From NCBI GenBank assembly GCA_003598025.1, contig QZKH01000006.1, forward strand, positions 44,035 through 108,034: 64,000 nucleotides of DNA. The letters are read 5' to 3'. Position 1 is the stretch's first letter. The number at the start of each line of letters is the position of its first letter. Both the position numbers and the translations under genes were made by a program. Below, one piece after another: positions 9,740 through 21,381 of the stretch. Below the pieces are notes generated by a model that was given only the letters and a program-made list of their open reading frames with translations, did no database searches and had not been told where the DNA came from. Source of the DNA: Candidatus Omnitrophota bacterium (GTDB lineage Bacteria > Omnitrophota > Gorgyraeia > Gygaellales > Profunditerraquicolaceae).

Positions 9740-9788
9740 GTTGGTTCCCCAGGGAAAATATGCTTTAATCATTCAGATTAAAATAACT

Positions 9789-11393
9789 ATGGCAAAATTT
9801 ATTTTTATTACGGGTGGGGTTATTTCAAGCTTGGGCAAGGGAATAGCTTCAGCCTCAATAGGTAAAGTCCTTGAGTCAAGAGGGATAAAGGTTACCCTTA
9901 TGAAACTGGACCCATATATTAATGTTGACCCTGGCACGATGAACCCTTATCAGCATGGCGAAGTGTATGTTACAGAAGACGGCGCTGAAACAGATTTAGA
10001 CCTTGGGCATTACGAAAGATTTACGTCAGCAGCAATGACTAAATTCAACAATGCTACTACCGGACAGGTTTATAATGCGGTTATTTCCCGGGAAAGGCGC
10101 GGTGATTATCTGGGAAAAACTATTCAGGTAATACCTCATATCACTGATGAGATAAAGAGCCGTATCAAAAAAGTCGCTGAGGTTTCTAATGCTGAAGTAG
10201 TGATTGTTGAGATTGGCGGGACTGTAGGTGATATCGAGGGCCTGCCATTTTTGGAAGCAGTAAGGCAGTTCAGGCTGGATGTGGGCCAGGATAATGCACT
10301 CTACATTCATTTGACACTTGTCCCTTATATAAAATGCGCAGGTGAAATAAAAACCAAGCCTACCCAGCATAGCGTCGGTACGCTTCGCGAGATAGGAATA
10401 CAACCGGATATTTTGATCTGCCGCACAGAAAAACCGCTGAGCACTGAAGTAAAAGAAAAAATCTCTCTTTTCTGTAACGTAGCCAAAGAGGGCGTTATTG
10501 AGGCCCGGGATGTAGATTCTATATATGAGCTTCCCATCGTATTTAAAAACCAGATTTTGGATGAGATAATTTTGAGCCATTTTAAGCTTATCCGTAAATC
10601 CTCAGAGCTTAAAGACTGGGAAAAAAATGTCGTTGAGAGAGCATTAAACCCAAAGCGCAGAGTAACAGTAGCTATTGTAGGCAAATATATCGGCTTACAG
10701 GATGCTTATAAGTCAATATATGAAGCCTTAAACCACGCCGGTATTTATAATGATACAGCCGTAGATTTAAAGAAGGTGGATTCTGAAGAGCTATTATGCT
10801 GTGCGCCGGAGAAATTACTGGAGGGAGTAAGCGGCATATTGGTCCCCGGAGGCTTTGGCTCGCGGGGTGTAGAAGGTAAGATAAGGGCAATAAGGTATGC
10901 CAGAGAAAAACGAATCCCGTTCTTAGGGCTATGCTTGGGTATGCAGTGCGCGGTAATAGAATTTGCGCGTAATGTTGGTGGATTTAAAAAAGCTGATTCA
11001 ACGGAATTCCACCCTAATACGAAATACCCTGTAATCAGCCTTTTGGAAGAACAGAAAGGCATAAAGGAGATGGGTGGGACGATGCGTTTGGGTGCTTATC
11101 CCTGCCATATTAAAAATGGGACAAGGGCTTTACGCATTTATGGGAAAAATATGGTTACTGAAAGGCACAGGCATAGGTATGAGTTCAATAATAAGTACAG
11201 AAAACAGCTTGAAAAGAAAGGCCTGACCTTTTCAGGCATATATAAAAAGAAGAATTTAGTCGAAATAATAGAAATTAAAGACCATCCTTTTTTTGTAGCA
11301 GTACAATTCCATCCGGAATTTAAATCCAAGCCAGATTCTGCACATCCATTATTCAGGGATTTTATAGAGTCAGCCTTGGCTATGTCAGATTAA
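9789..11393 (+). CDS. pyrG: CTP synthase
   Basis: [48 protein letters not shown]; ATG at 9789. Confidence 0.98.
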   Translation: MAKFIFITGGVISSLGKGIASASIGKVLESRGIKVTLMKLDPYINVDPGTMNPYQHGEVYVTEDGAETDLDLGHYERFTSAAMTKFNNATTGQVYNAVISRERRGDYLGKTIQVIPHITDEIKSRIKKVAEVSNAEVVIVEIGGTVGDIEGLPFLEAVRQFRLDVGQDNALYIHLTLVPYIKCAGEIKTKPTQHSVGTLREIGIQPDILICRTEKPLSTEVKEKISLFCNVAKEGVIEARDVDSIYELPIVFKNQILDEIILSHFKLIRKSSELKDWEKNVVERALNPKRRVTVAIVGKYIGLQDAYKSIYEALNHAGIYNDTAVDLKKVDSEELLCCAPEKLLEGVSGILVPGGFGSRGVEGKIRAIRYAREKRIPFLGLCLGMQCAVIEFARNVGGFKKADSTEFHPNTKYPVISLLEEQKGIKEMGGTMRLGAYPCHIKNGTRALRIYGKNMVTERHRHRYEFNNKYRKQLEKKGLTFSGIYKKKNLVEIIEIKDHPFFVAVQFHPEFKSKPDSAHPLFRDFIESALAMSD

Positions 11394-11427
11394 TACCTGT
11401 TGATTAAAACCCGCATCTCCATAAAAC

Positions 11428-11456
11428 TTTACAAAACCCCGGCCCTATAATATAAT
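11428..11456 (+). promoter_or_regulatory. Putative sigma70 promoter for DUF1846-carA-carB
   Basis: TTTACA-17 nt-TATAAT. Confidence 0.6.
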
Positions 11457-11482
11457 AGTGCAGTTTTAAAATAGGGGGCAAT

Positions 11483-13006
11483 ATGAAAAAAATAGGATTT
11501 GATAACGATAAATACCTTAAAGAGCAGACCGAAGCCATATTAAAAAGGGTAAATAAATTCGGGAGTAAGCTTTATCTGGAATTCGGCGGAAAACTCTGTT
11601 TTGATTATCACGCTGCAAGGGTCCTTCCCGGCTATGATCCAAACGTAAAACTCATGCTGCTTCAACAGCTTAAAGATAACGCGGATATTGTATTATGTAT
11701 TTATGCCGGGGATATAGAAAAGGGCCGCGTAAGAGGAGATTTCGGCATAACCTATGATGCCGCAACTTTTAAACTTATAGATGACCTGAGAAAGTGGGGC
11801 TTAGATATATTATCGGTTGTTATCACAAGGTATTCCAACCAACCCACAGCTGATATATTTAAAAATAAGCTGGAACGCAGAGGGGTAAAAGTTTACTTGC
11901 ATTATCCTATTCCGGGGTATCCGGCTGATGTAGATTTAATCGTTAGTGAAAATGGCCTGGGCAGAAATGATTATATCGAATCAAAAAAGCCGATTGTCGT
12001 AGTTACCGGACCTGGGCCGGGCAGCGGGAAACTGGCAACCTGCCTATCTCAATTATATCAAGAGCATAGAAAAGGCATCAGCGCAGGTTACGCTAAATTC
12101 GAGACTTTCCCCATTTGGAACCTGCCGCTTAAGCACGCCGTAAATGTTGCTTATGAGGCAGCGACCGCGGATATACAGGATTTTAATCTGGTCGATCCTT
12201 TCCACCTCAGTATTTATAAGGAAGCCGCCATAAATTATAATCGTGACGTTGAAAGCTTCCCGATATTGAAACTGATATTGAACAAGATATTAGATAAGGC
12301 GATAGATACCCCGATGTATAATTCCCCTACTGATATGGGCGTTAATCGCGCAGGGTTCGGGATTATAGACGATCAAGTGGTGCAGGAGGCAGCTAAGCAG
12401 GAATTAATACGCAGGTATTTCAGATACAACGCAGAATATGTTTTGGGAATAGAGAAAAAAGAAACGGTAAACAGGGTGTCGCTTCTTCTGGAAGAGTTGG
12501 GGGTTAAGCTTACTGATAGAGCCGTTGTTGAGGCTTCGCGGAGGGCATCGGAAGAAGCCGAAGCAAAAGGCAAAGGTAACAACGGGATTTTCTGCGGCGC
12601 GGCAATAGAGCTGGATGACGGCAGGATTATAACTGGCAAGAGCTCCAGGCTTATGAATGCTTCAGGAAGCCTTGTTTTAAATGCGGTAAAGGCTTTAGCA
12701 AGTATCCCTGATGAGATATTATTGCTTTCACCACACATTATCAAACAGATTTCTATTTTAAAAGAAAGCTGTTTAAAGATAGAGCCGGACCCGTTAGATC
12801 TGGAGGAGATATTAATAGCTTTATCAATAAGCGCGACTACTAATCATACAGCCGAAATAGCTATGAAGAAATTAAGCGAATTAAGAAATACGGAGGTACA
12901 TTTGACGCATATGCCTTCTCCCGGGGATGAGGTAGGGCTTAAAAGGCTTGGCGTGAACATGACTACCGACGGAAATTTTTCTTCGAGGAATTTATTTGTG
13001 AGTTGA
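11483..13006 (+). CDS. DUF1846 (UPF0371) family protein
   Basis: [66 protein letters not shown]. Confidence 0.9.
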   Translation: MKKIGFDNDKYLKEQTEAILKRVNKFGSKLYLEFGGKLCFDYHAARVLPGYDPNVKLMLLQQLKDNADIVLCIYAGDIEKGRVRGDFGITYDAATFKLIDDLRKWGLDILSVVITRYSNQPTADIFKNKLERRGVKVYLHYPIPGYPADVDLIVSENGLGRNDYIESKKPIVVVTGPGPGSGKLATCLSQLYQEHRKGISAGYAKFETFPIWNLPLKHAVNVAYEAATADIQDFNLVDPFHLSIYKEAAINYNRDVESFPILKLILNKILDKAIDTPMYNSPTDMGVNRAGFGIIDDQVVQEAAKQELIRRYFRYNAEYVLGIEKKETVNRVSLLLEELGVKLTDRAVVEASRRASEEAEAKGKGNNGIFCGAAIELDDGRIITGKSSRLMNASGSLVLNAVKALASIPDEILLLSPHIIKQISILKESCLKIEPDPLDLEEILIALSISATTNHTAEIAMKKLSELRNTEVHLTHMPSPGDEVGLKRLGVNMTTDGNFSSRNLFVS

Positions 13007-13008
13007 TT

Positions 13009-14109
13009 ATGAGCACAGCTATATTAGCATTAGAGGACGGGAAAGTTTTTAAGGGTATTTCTTTCGGAGCAACGGGAGAAACCTATGGTGAGGTTGTATT
13101 TAATACCAGCATGAGCGGCTACCAGGAGATATTGACTGACCCTTCCTATAAAGGTCAGATAGTCGCAATGACCTATCCTTTAATCGGCAATTATGGTGTT
13201 AACAAAGAAGATGTAGAATCACGCAGGCCATTTGTGGAAGGGTTTGTTGTCAGAGAGGTAAGTAAGATATCCAGTAATTGGAGAGCAGAAGAATCTCTGG
13301 ATAGCTATCTTAACAGAAATAAAATATTGGGTATTGAGGGCATTGATACAAGAGAATTGACTTTGCACATAAGGGAGAAAGGCGAGCTCAAAGCCGTTAT
13401 ATCTACTTTAGACCTGGATGAGAGAAACCTTGTAAATAAAGCAAAAGATTCTTTGGGCTTGATAGGAAGGGATTTAGTTAAGGATGTAATAGGCGATGAT
13501 ACTTATGTATGGAATAAAAATGGTAAGTTAAAAATAGCTGTTTTAGATTGCGGGGTCAAGCTGAACATACTCAGGATTTTGGCAAATCACGGCTGCAGTG
13601 TTATGGTCGTACCTGCATCTTTGCCCGCAGATAAGATACTGGCTTTGGGGCCCGATGGGATATTGTTATCCAACGGGCCAGGAGACCCTGCGGCATTACC
13701 GTATGTTGTTGATACCACGAGGGAACTTATCGGTAAGCTGCCAATTTTCGGTATTTGCCTGGGCCATCAGATCCTCGGGCAGGCATTAGGCGGCAAGACA
13801 TTTAAGCTTAAATTCGGCCATCACGGCGCAAACCACCCGGTAAAAGACCTAAGGACAAAAAAAGTGGCAATAACCGTGCAGAATCATGGTTTTTGCGTAG
13901 ATATAGATACTTTGAATAAGAAAGAAATAGAACTGACCCATATCAATCTTAACGATAATACTTTGGAAGGCATGAAGCATAAGAAGCTGCCTTTGTTCTC
14001 CGTACAGTTCCATCCTGAAGCTTCCCCGGGACCGCATGATGCCAGTTATTTATTCAATGATTTTGTGGACTCAGTTAAGACAGCCAAAAAGAGACGTTCA
14101 AAGAAATAA
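13009..14109 (+). CDS. carA: Carbamoyl-phosphate synthase small subunit
   Basis: [48 protein letters not shown]. Confidence 0.97.
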   Translation: MSTAILALEDGKVFKGISFGATGETYGEVVFNTSMSGYQEILTDPSYKGQIVAMTYPLIGNYGVNKEDVESRRPFVEGFVVREVSKISSNWRAEESLDSYLNRNKILGIEGIDTRELTLHIREKGELKAVISTLDLDERNLVNKAKDSLGLIGRDLVKDVIGDDTYVWNKNGKLKIAVLDCGVKLNILRILANHGCSVMVVPASLPADKILALGPDGILLSNGPGDPAALPYVVDTTRELIGKLPIFGICLGHQILGQALGGKTFKLKFGHHGANHPVKDLRTKKVAITVQNHGFCVDIDTLNKKEIELTHINLNDNTLEGMKHKKLPLFSVQFHPEASPGPHDASYLFNDFVDSVKTAKKRRSKK

Positions 14110-14118
14110 CATTGACCG

Positions 14119-15780
14119 ATGCCTAAAAGAAAAGATATAAAGAAAATACTGATTATAGGCTCCGGGCCTATCGTAATCGGCCAGGCATGTGAATTTGATT
14201 ATTCGGGCAGCCAGGCATGCAAAGTGTTAAGGCAGGATGGTTTTAAAGTCGTACTGATAAATTCTAATCCTGCAACTATAATGACTGACCCTCAGCTTGC
14301 CGATAGCACTTATATCGAGCCGATAACAACAGCTTCTTTGGAAAAGATTATTGCCAAAGAAAAACCTGATGCTCTTCTGCCGACTCTGGGAGGCCAGACC
14401 GCTTTAAATGCAGCCGTAGCCTTGCATGAGAAGGGGATACTAAACAAATATAAAGTTGAAGTTATAGGCGCCGATATCAGGGCGATAAGAAAAGGCGAGG
14501 ACAGGAAGCTTTTTAAGGAGGCCATGAAAAAGATAGGGCTGGACCTGCCGAGAAGCGGACAGGCCTACAGCCTTAAAGAAGCTAATAAAGTTGTAAAGGA
14601 TATAGGTTTTCCTGTTATCATCAGGCCTAGTTTTACACTCGGTGGCACAGGGGGAAGTGTAGCTTTTAATATTGAAGAATTCCAGGAAATGGCAAAGAGC
14701 GGACTCGAATCTAGCTTGATCAGTGAGATCTTGATTGAGGAATCTGTTGTGGGATGGAAAGAATATGAGTTGGAGGTTATGAGGGACTCAAAAGACAATG
14801 TGGTAGTAATATGTTCTATTGAGAACCTTGACCCTATGGGTGTACATACGGGCGACAGCATTACCGTTGCCCCGATCCAGACATTAACGGATAAAGAATA
14901 CCAAAAGATGCGTGATGCTGCTATTGCTTGTATAAGGGAGATAGGAGTATCAACAGGCGGTTCCAATATACAATTCGCAGTGAACCCGCAAAATGGCAGG
15001 ATGGTTGTGATTGAAATGAATCCCCGTGTATCAAGGAGTTCAGCCTTGGCATCTAAAGCCACAGGTTTTCCAATAGCAAAAATAGCTGCAAAGCTGGCGG
15101 TTGGGTATGCCCTGGATGAGATCGCCAATGATATTACAAAAGAAACTCCGGCTTGTTTTGAGCCGACGATAGATTATTGTGTTGTAAAGGTGCCGCGTTT
15201 CACATTTGAAAAATTCCCTTCTTCTGATGCCTCCTTAACGGTGTCTATGAAATCCGTCGGCGAAGCGATGTCGATAGGCAGGACTTTTAAAGAAGCATTG
15301 CAGAAAGGCCTGCGTTCCTTAGAGATAAAAAAATACGGCTTAGAGACGATTGTTTTTAAAAAGCCTCAAGAGGCGTCCGCAGATAATGGTATTATGGACT
15401 TAATAAACAGCAAGCTTATGACCCCCAATGCTGAAAGGATATTTTATATCGGCGATGCTTTGAGAATTGGCATAAGCATTGACAGGATCTTTGAGCTCAC
15501 AAGAATTGACAGATGGTTTTTGCAGAATATAAAAGAAATCATAGATTTAGAAAAACAAATAATAAGCAGTAAAGATAGCATCACAGAGGAATTAATGCTG
15601 GCGGCAAAGCAATTCGGCTTCAGCGATAGGCAGTTAGCGGTTCTTTTAGGCAAGAGGGAAGACGAAATCAAGCAGCTGCGTTCTTCATTGGGTATAGGGC
15701 CTTCTTTTAAGCTTGTGGATACATGTGCTGCCGAATTCAAAGCGTTTACCCCTTACTATTATTCTTCTTATGATAAGTAA
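14119..15780 (+). CDS. carB: Carbamoyl-phosphate synthase large subunit, N-terminal half only (553 aa)
   Basis: [30 protein letters not shown] ... ends [19 protein letters not shown]; no second ATP-grasp or MGS domain. Confidence 0.93.
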   Translation: MPKRKDIKKILIIGSGPIVIGQACEFDYSGSQACKVLRQDGFKVVLINSNPATIMTDPQLADSTYIEPITTASLEKIIAKEKPDALLPTLGGQTALNAAVALHEKGILNKYKVEVIGADIRAIRKGEDRKLFKEAMKKIGLDLPRSGQAYSLKEANKVVKDIGFPVIIRPSFTLGGTGGSVAFNIEEFQEMAKSGLESSLISEILIEESVVGWKEYELEVMRDSKDNVVVICSIENLDPMGVHTGDSITVAPIQTLTDKEYQKMRDAAIACIREIGVSTGGSNIQFAVNPQNGRMVVIEMNPRVSRSSALASKATGFPIAKIAAKLAVGYALDEIANDITKETPACFEPTIDYCVVKVPRFTFEKFPSSDASLTVSMKSVGEAMSIGRTFKEALQKGLRSLEIKKYGLETIVFKKPQEASADNGIMDLINSKLMTPNAERIFYIGDALRIGISIDRIFELTRIDRWFLQNIKEIIDLEKQIISSKDSITEELMLAAKQFGFSDRQLAVLLGKREDEIKQLRSSLGIGPSFKLVDTCAAEFKAFTPYYYSSYDK

Positions 15781-15856
15781 TGAGTTTAGTTGAAACAGGG
15801 TGTTTTTTATATAGATTATAGTTGAATCAGCGCTGATAACAGGGAGAAAGTATACG

Positions 15857-17248
15857 ATGGCCGTAAGCATAAGATTCTTAGGCGGGGTAAGGACCGTTAC
15901 CGGTTCAAGCCATCTTGTTTCTACGAATAAGTCCGAGGTTTTGCTTGATGCCGGACTTTTTCATGGCCATAGAGATGAGTTTTACGAAGTAAATTCTACT
16001 ATAAATTATAATCCGCGTAAATTAGATGCCCTGATATTGTCGCATGCCCATATAGATCATTGCGGCAATATCCCAAATGTCATAAAAAGGGGGCTGCGTT
16101 GCAAGATATACAGTACCGCAGCGACTAAAGACCTGGCTAAGCTTATGCTGGAAGATTCGGGTAAGATACAGGAAGAAGATATTAGATACGTAAACAAGAT
16201 AAACCGCAGGTTGAACCTTCCTCTTAGGAGGCCGCTTTACAATGAAAAAGAGGCTGCAGCCGCCACAAAAAAATTCAGGTCCATATCTTATGGCCAGAGG
16301 TTTTGTATTGCTAAAGATATGTTTGTAACTCTTCTGGATGCCGGGCATATCCTTGGCTCAAGCATTATAATACTGGATATCAAGGATTATACCCGTAATA
16401 TACGGCTGGGATATGCGGTTGACTTGGGCAGGAAGGGGCTGCCGTTGATTAACGATCCGGTGATACCCGAGAAATTAGATTATCTTATTATTGAGAGTAC
16501 GTATGGAGGCAGAACGCATGCGCCGATAGAGGATGCAAAACATAAATTGAGGGATGTAGTCAATAACACCGTAGAAAGAAGAGGTAAGATTTTAATTCCG
16601 TCATTTACTTTGGAACGTACGCAGGAAATCTTATTTTTCTTAAATGAGTTAATTCAAGAAAAAGCAATACCATCTATCCCTATTTATGTGGATAGCCCCC
16701 TAGCCACAGATATTACGGATCTGTTTAAATTTCATCAGTCTTTTTTGAATGAGGATACCCGCCAGATTATAAAAGGAGGAAGGAGCCCTTTTGAATTCGT
16801 GAGCCTGCGTTATATACGCGATCAAAGGGAATCCAAGAACCTCAACAACGATAAGCGGCCGATGATTATAATAGCCGGAAGCGGGATGTGCGAATCAGGC
16901 AGGATACTGCATCATCTAAAGAATAATATTGAGGATTCACGCAATACTATCCTTGTTGTCGGTTATATGGCTAAAGATACGTTGGGTAAGAGGATAGTTG
17001 ATCAGTATCCTTTTGTCAGGATATTCGGCGTAGAGTATGAGCTTAACGCCGAAGTGGCAGTAATAAACTCATTCTCTGCCCATGCTGATCAAAACGACCT
17101 TTTTGGTTTTATATCTGCCTGTCTTCCTTTAAAGGAGGTTTTTCTTGTACATGGAGACCTCGAGCAATCAGAAAAAATGATGAATAAGCTTAATCAGGCG
17201 GGGATAAACGCCTCGATGCCTTTAAAGAACCAGGAGATAAGGATCTAA
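15857..17248 (+). CDS. Metallo-beta-lactamase/beta-CASP family RNase
   Basis: LSHAHIDHCG, AGHILGS, IESTYG, SGMCESGRILHH, FSAHAD, LVHG. Confidence 0.9.
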   Translation: MAVSIRFLGGVRTVTGSSHLVSTNKSEVLLDAGLFHGHRDEFYEVNSTINYNPRKLDALILSHAHIDHCGNIPNVIKRGLRCKIYSTAATKDLAKLMLEDSGKIQEEDIRYVNKINRRLNLPLRRPLYNEKEAAAATKKFRSISYGQRFCIAKDMFVTLLDAGHILGSSIIILDIKDYTRNIRLGYAVDLGRKGLPLINDPVIPEKLDYLIIESTYGGRTHAPIEDAKHKLRDVVNNTVERRGKILIPSFTLERTQEILFFLNELIQEKAIPSIPIYVDSPLATDITDLFKFHQSFLNEDTRQIIKGGRSPFEFVSLRYIRDQRESKNLNNDKRPMIIIAGSGMCESGRILHHLKNNIEDSRNTILVVGYMAKDTLGKRIVDQYPFVRIFGVEYELNAEVAVINSFSAHADQNDLFGFISACLPLKEVFLVHGDLEQSEKMMNKLNQAGINASMPLKNQEIRI

Positions 17249-17394
17249 AAGGCGGGAACCTTTTTGTTGCAAAGCGGTCATAAATTGTGTTAATATCTAT
17301 TCCTCTGCCTTAAATGGGCAGGAGCATGATTAAATAATATTTATGTAATCGGCCATTGTTTGTTTAAAAGGGAGATCATTAAAAGGAGGATTCA

Positions 17395-17625
17395 ATGATA
17401 GGGGGTTTTTCCACACCGAAGAAAGATAAAAAACTTAAAGTTTCATCTGGTATGCCGGTAAAAGCCGGACAGATCCTTTCGCGCGGGGTTAGTACCTATA
17501 AACCCGGAGAAAATGTAGGCGGGTCAGATACTATATATGCGCTTGTCCCTGGCACTGTATTCTTTTCAAAGAAGAAAACAACCAGCGGCAAAGTCCGCAC
17601 CTTCATTAACGTTAAAAAGAAATAA
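17395..17625 (+). CDS. rpmA: Divergent 50S ribosomal protein L27
   Basis: VKAGQIL..., YKPGENVG..DTIYALVPGTVFF..., RTFINV match the L27 core; AAGGAGG RBS. Confidence 0.78.
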   Translation: MIGGFSTPKKDKKLKVSSGMPVKAGQILSRGVSTYKPGENVGGSDTIYALVPGTVFFSKKKTTSGKVRTFINVKKK

Positions 17626-17634
17626 TATCCTTAA

Positions 17635-18744
17635 GTGCCTGAAGCCAGGAAGTATTCTAATATAAAATATGCCTTAGCTATAATAGATACTTTTTATGCT
17701 CTTGGGCTCATTTTTATTTTCCTATACAGCGGACTATCTAAAGAATCAGTTTTATTTCTTTCGTCTAAAATAGGACAGGCATTTATCCTGCCGGTCTATA
17801 TTCTGGCCATTTATTCCGGATATTTTCTGTTTACCTTTCCTCTTAATTTCTACGGTTCATTTGTGGTTGAACATAAGTTTTCTCTTTCCACACAGAGTTT
17901 CTTTTCGTGGATTTCAGATCAAATTAAATCGGGGTTATTGATGTATGTATTAAGCCTGGGGCTATTTTTCCTGATGTATATAATCCTGGAAAAGAGCCAG
18001 GATTTATGGTGGTTATGGGTATCTCTGATCTGGCTGTTTTTTTCTGTCATATTGGCAAGGCTAATGCCTGTAGTCGTAATCCCCATGTTTTTTAAATATA
18101 GAGAACTCGCTGATCAGGGGTTAAAGTCCAGGATAATGGATCTTGCCGTTAAGATGAATATCAGGCTTTTGGATGTCTTTGAGATCGATTTTAGCAGAAA
18201 AACACTAAAGGCCAATGCTGCTTTTGTCGGCATGGGCAAGACTAAGAGGGTAATATTGGCCGATACCCTGAAAGACAAATATACACACCAAGAGATAGAG
18301 GTAATACTTGCCCATGAATTCGCGCACTACAGGTCAAGGCATCTGCTAAAACTTATAATTTTGAACTCCATAGTTACGTTATTGACATTCTATTTTATAT
18401 ACCTTAGCAGCAGCCAGGTTTTACTGTTCTTTGGGATCGATTCTTTGTCCAGGATTTACTCTCTACCTGTGATAATAGGATATTTTATAATTTTGGGCTT
18501 GGTGTTACAGCCAATTTCTAACGCCATCAGCAGGAAATTTGAAAGAGAGGCTGATAAGATAGCTATTGATATCACCGGGTTAAAAAAGCCTTTTATAAGC
18601 ATGATGGATAAACTGGCTAAACAGAACCTGGCTGATGTTAAACCCAGCTTCCTCATAAAAATGATATTCTTTGATCATCCTCCTGTTTCCGAGCGCATTG
18701 AAATGGCAGAGCGCTATCAACAGAAAGGCACCGGGAATGAATAA
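17635..18744 (+). CDS. M48 (Ste24/HtpX-like) membrane metallopeptidase
   Basis: Multiple TM segments; ANAAF.G, LAHEFAH (HExxH), EREAD, DHPP..ERI. Confidence 0.9.
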   Translation: MPEARKYSNIKYALAIIDTFYALGLIFIFLYSGLSKESVLFLSSKIGQAFILPVYILAIYSGYFLFTFPLNFYGSFVVEHKFSLSTQSFFSWISDQIKSGLLMYVLSLGLFFLMYIILEKSQDLWWLWVSLIWLFFSVILARLMPVVVIPMFFKYRELADQGLKSRIMDLAVKMNIRLLDVFEIDFSRKTLKANAAFVGMGKTKRVILADTLKDKYTHQEIEVILAHEFAHYRSRHLLKLIILNSIVTLLTFYFIYLSSSQVLLFFGIDSLSRIYSLPVIIGYFIILGLVLQPISNAISRKFEREADKIAIDITGLKKPFISMMDKLAKQNLADVKPSFLIKMIFFDHPPVSERIEMAERYQQKGTGNE

Positions 18745-18988
18745 GAACATATTGATTGTCTCAATAAAGCATAGAAATAGGACTGCAGGATTATTTCAGA
18801 AGTCACTCACAAAATGGGGCTGCCTGATAAAGACCAGGATCGGCATACATGATGCGGTATTAGATAAATGTTCCGACAGGGGTTTGATTATACTGGAACT
18901 GGTCGGCAAAAAGCAGGATGCCTTAAAGATGTACAGCGAAATCAGGAAGATAAAAGATTTAAAAGTAAAATTAGTATCTATCAGCTGA
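18737..18988 (+). CDS. Small ACT-like protein (TM1266 / iron-only hydrogenase regulator-like)
   Basis: LTKWGCLIKTRIGIH...CSDRGLIILEL; ATG at 18737 overlaps M48 stop. Confidence 0.65.
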   Translation: MNKNILIVSIKHRNRTAGLFQKSLTKWGCLIKTRIGIHDAVLDKCSDRGLIILELVGKKQDALKMYSEIRKIKDLKVKLVSIS

Positions 18989-18989
18989 A

Positions 18990-20210
18990 TTAAAGCTTGA
19001 GGTTTTTAAATAACGGTATCGCCTGTTTTACGACTAGCGGATCAAATTGCGTCCCTGAGCGTTTTTCCATTTCTTTACAGGCAGCCAGCGGAGTCAGTGG
19101 CCTGCGGTACGGCCTGTTAGATGTCATGGCATCAAAGGCGTCGCATACTGCAAGTATCCTTGCCCCCAGAGGTATTTTCTCTCCTTTTAACCCGAGCGGA
19201 TAACCTTTGCCGTCAAAGCGCTCGTGATGAGAAGAAGCTATCAATGCTATCTCCTTCAAAGTTGACATCATGTTAAGTATTTGATTGGTAAGGCTTGCAT
19301 GGGTTTTTACTTTTATAAATTCTTTTGGCGTTAATTTTGAAGGTTTATCTAATATTTGCCTGGATAGGCTTATTTTACCTATATCATGGATCAGCCCTGA
19401 CCATTTAATTTTTGTAATATAATCATGGTCCAGGTCAAAAGCCAGGGCAATACCCATCGCATACCTGGAAACCCTTAGCGAGTGCCCGGAAGTATAAGGA
19501 TGTTTCATATCGATTATCTGTGCGATGGCTTCTAAAGCTGTGCCTATGGCGTCGACCCTGCTGGGGATCTTGATGAATCCGGCCTTTTCTTTGGTATCCT
19601 GGAATATCAAAGGTATGTTTGAAGAGGATAATAATTTACGATAAAAATTACCTTTTGAAAGCACCTGCCTCGCTTTTGAGAACAAATCGTAAGAATATTC
19701 CTTATTGACGTTTGTAGAAAGATGTTTTAAGAGAGGGCCCATTTCCTTAAACCTTCCTGTCTGTATAGCAATATCTATAGAATCAGCAATCCGGATTATC
19801 TTAGAGCCAATGGGTATAAATTTATTTGTTTTACCGCGCGGGTATCCATGTCCGTTAACCCATTCGTGATGGTCAAGTATCAATTTGGCAACAGGGGTCA
19901 TTTGGGGTATATTGGATACGAGCTGCGCCCCCAGTATGGGATGAGAAAACAGGATGTTTTGACTTTCTTTGTCTTTTTTCTTAAGATAATGCAGAATATT
20001 GTAAGGGAATCCGGCTCCACCTATATCATGCAGGACAGCCGCATAAAATATGCGTCGTAATTCTCTCTGTGACACCAGTTTTTCTGCTATTTTACATGAG
20101 AGTATGGCTACTCTCCAGGTATGATACGACTTTTTCTTTTCATCGATGTCGGTAATATAAGCCAGTACGGTAATGAGTTCGTTGATAGTTTTAGTAGGGT
20201 TTATCTTCAT
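18990..20210 (-). CDS. Tandem HD-GYP domain phosphodiesterase
   Basis: Two domains: LHDIG/HHEWVNGHGYP and IHDIGK/HHERFDGKGYP/CDAFDAMTSNRPYR. Confidence 0.88.
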   Translation of the reverse strand: MKINPTKTINELITVLAYITDIDEKKKSYHTWRVAILSCKIAEKLVSQRELRRIFYAAVLHDIGGAGFPYNILHYLKKKDKESQNILFSHPILGAQLVSNIPQMTPVAKLILDHHEWVNGHGYPRGKTNKFIPIGSKIIRIADSIDIAIQTGRFKEMGPLLKHLSTNVNKEYSYDLFSKARQVLSKGNFYRKLLSSSNIPLIFQDTKEKAGFIKIPSRVDAIGTALEAIAQIIDMKHPYTSGHSLRVSRYAMGIALAFDLDHDYITKIKWSGLIHDIGKISLSRQILDKPSKLTPKEFIKVKTHASLTNQILNMMSTLKEIALIASSHHERFDGKGYPLGLKGEKIPLGARILAVCDAFDAMTSNRPYRRPLTPLAACKEMEKRSGTQFDPLVVKQAIPLFKNLKL

Positions 20211-20223
20211 AGGTTTATCAAAA

Positions 20224-21381
20224 TCAGTGGCTATTGCCGGAAAAAAATTCTACTATAGCCTGTGCAGCTGTCTGGCTTGCCCCTTTATCTCCCAGTTTAA
20301 TTCTTAATTTAGCTAATTCATTTTTGATAGATGCAATTTTTTCTTTATCCCTAAGCAGGTCTATCGTGTATTCTGCGATTCTTTTAGGATCAGCCCTGTA
20401 CTGCAGGAATTCTTCAACGATTTTATTCTGAGCAACGACATTTACTAATCCGACATAAGGTATTTTAATTACTGACCTGATATAAAGCCATGTTAAGAAA
20501 GATACTTTATACAGTATTATCATCGGTATGCCTATAATAGCAGTCTCAAGCGTAGCCGTGCCCGATGCAACAAAAGCAAAATCGCTTACACTGAGCCCGT
20601 CGTAGAATCCATCACCGACTATTTTTACCTGCAGGCAGGAATCTCCAATTATTTTAGAAAATACTTCTTCTTTCACGGTAGGGGTTTTTAATATGAGGAA
20701 TTGCACATCATCTTTAGTTGCCCTGGATATCAATTCAGCGGATTTAAGCATTATCGGTAACAGTGTAGTGATCTCTTTTTGCCGGGAACCGGGCAGTAAT
20801 GCGATAGTCTTAATTTTGCCGTTTAAACCATATCTTTTTAGAATTTCTTCTTTATTATTTGTGCTTATTTTTATACTGTCAAGGAGGGGGTGACCTACGA
20901 ATCTTGCATTTACTCCGTTTTTCCTGTAAAGTGCTTCTTCAAACTCCAGAATTACAAGCATTAAGTCTATATTTTCACGGATCTGTTTTATTCTATCCTT
21001 GCCCCAGGCCCATATCTGCGGGCTTATGTAGTAGATTACAGGAATTTTTCTTTTTTTAAGTTCTTTAGCCAGCCTTAAATTAAATCCGGGATAATCTACG
21101 AGTATCGCAAGATCAGGATTACGTCTTTCGGTTTCTTTAAGTATGCCCGAAAATATATCCCTGAATTTTCCAATGTTTTTCAGGACTTCAAAAAGCCCGA
21201 CTACGGCAAGCTCAACCATATTGAAATACAGGTCTACTCCCTGGCCCTGCAGGTTTTCTCCTCCTAAGCCAAAGAAAGCCGAGTCCGGATAGAGCTTTTT
21301 TATCTCTTTGACGAGGTTAGCTGCATGCAGGTCCCCGGAAGCTTCGCCTGCGACTATTAGTATATTCTTTGTTTGCGCCAT
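20224..21381 (-). CDS. lpxB: Lipid-A-disaccharide synthase
   Basis: IVAGEASGDLH, VDYPGFN, YYISPQIWAW, FVGHPL, LLPGSR, ASGTATLE. Confidence 0.96.
   Translation of the reverse strand: MAQTKNILIVAGEASGDLHAANLVKEIKKLYPDSAFFGLGGENLQGQGVDLYFNMVELAVVGLFEVLKNIGKFRDIFSGILKETERRNPDLAILVDYPGFNLRLAKELKKRKIPVIYYISPQIWAWGKDRIKQIRENIDLMLVILEFEEALYRKNGVNARFVGHPLLDSIKISTNNKEEILKRYGLNGKIKTIALLPGSRQKEITTLLPIMLKSAELISRATKDDVQFLILKTPTVKEEVFSKIIGDSCLQVKIVGDGFYDGLSVSDFAFVASGTATLETAIIGIPMIILYKVSFLTWLYIRSVIKIPYVGLVNVVAQNKIVEEFLQYRADPKRIAEYTIDLLRDKEKIASIKNELAKLRIKLGDKGASQTAAQAIVEFFSGNSH

Noticed and set aside
15781-15856. carB as a frameshifted pseudogene
   Set aside because: The ORF ends at a natural domain boundary with tandem stops, and only 76 nt separate it from an unrelated gene, leaving no remnant of the C-terminal half.
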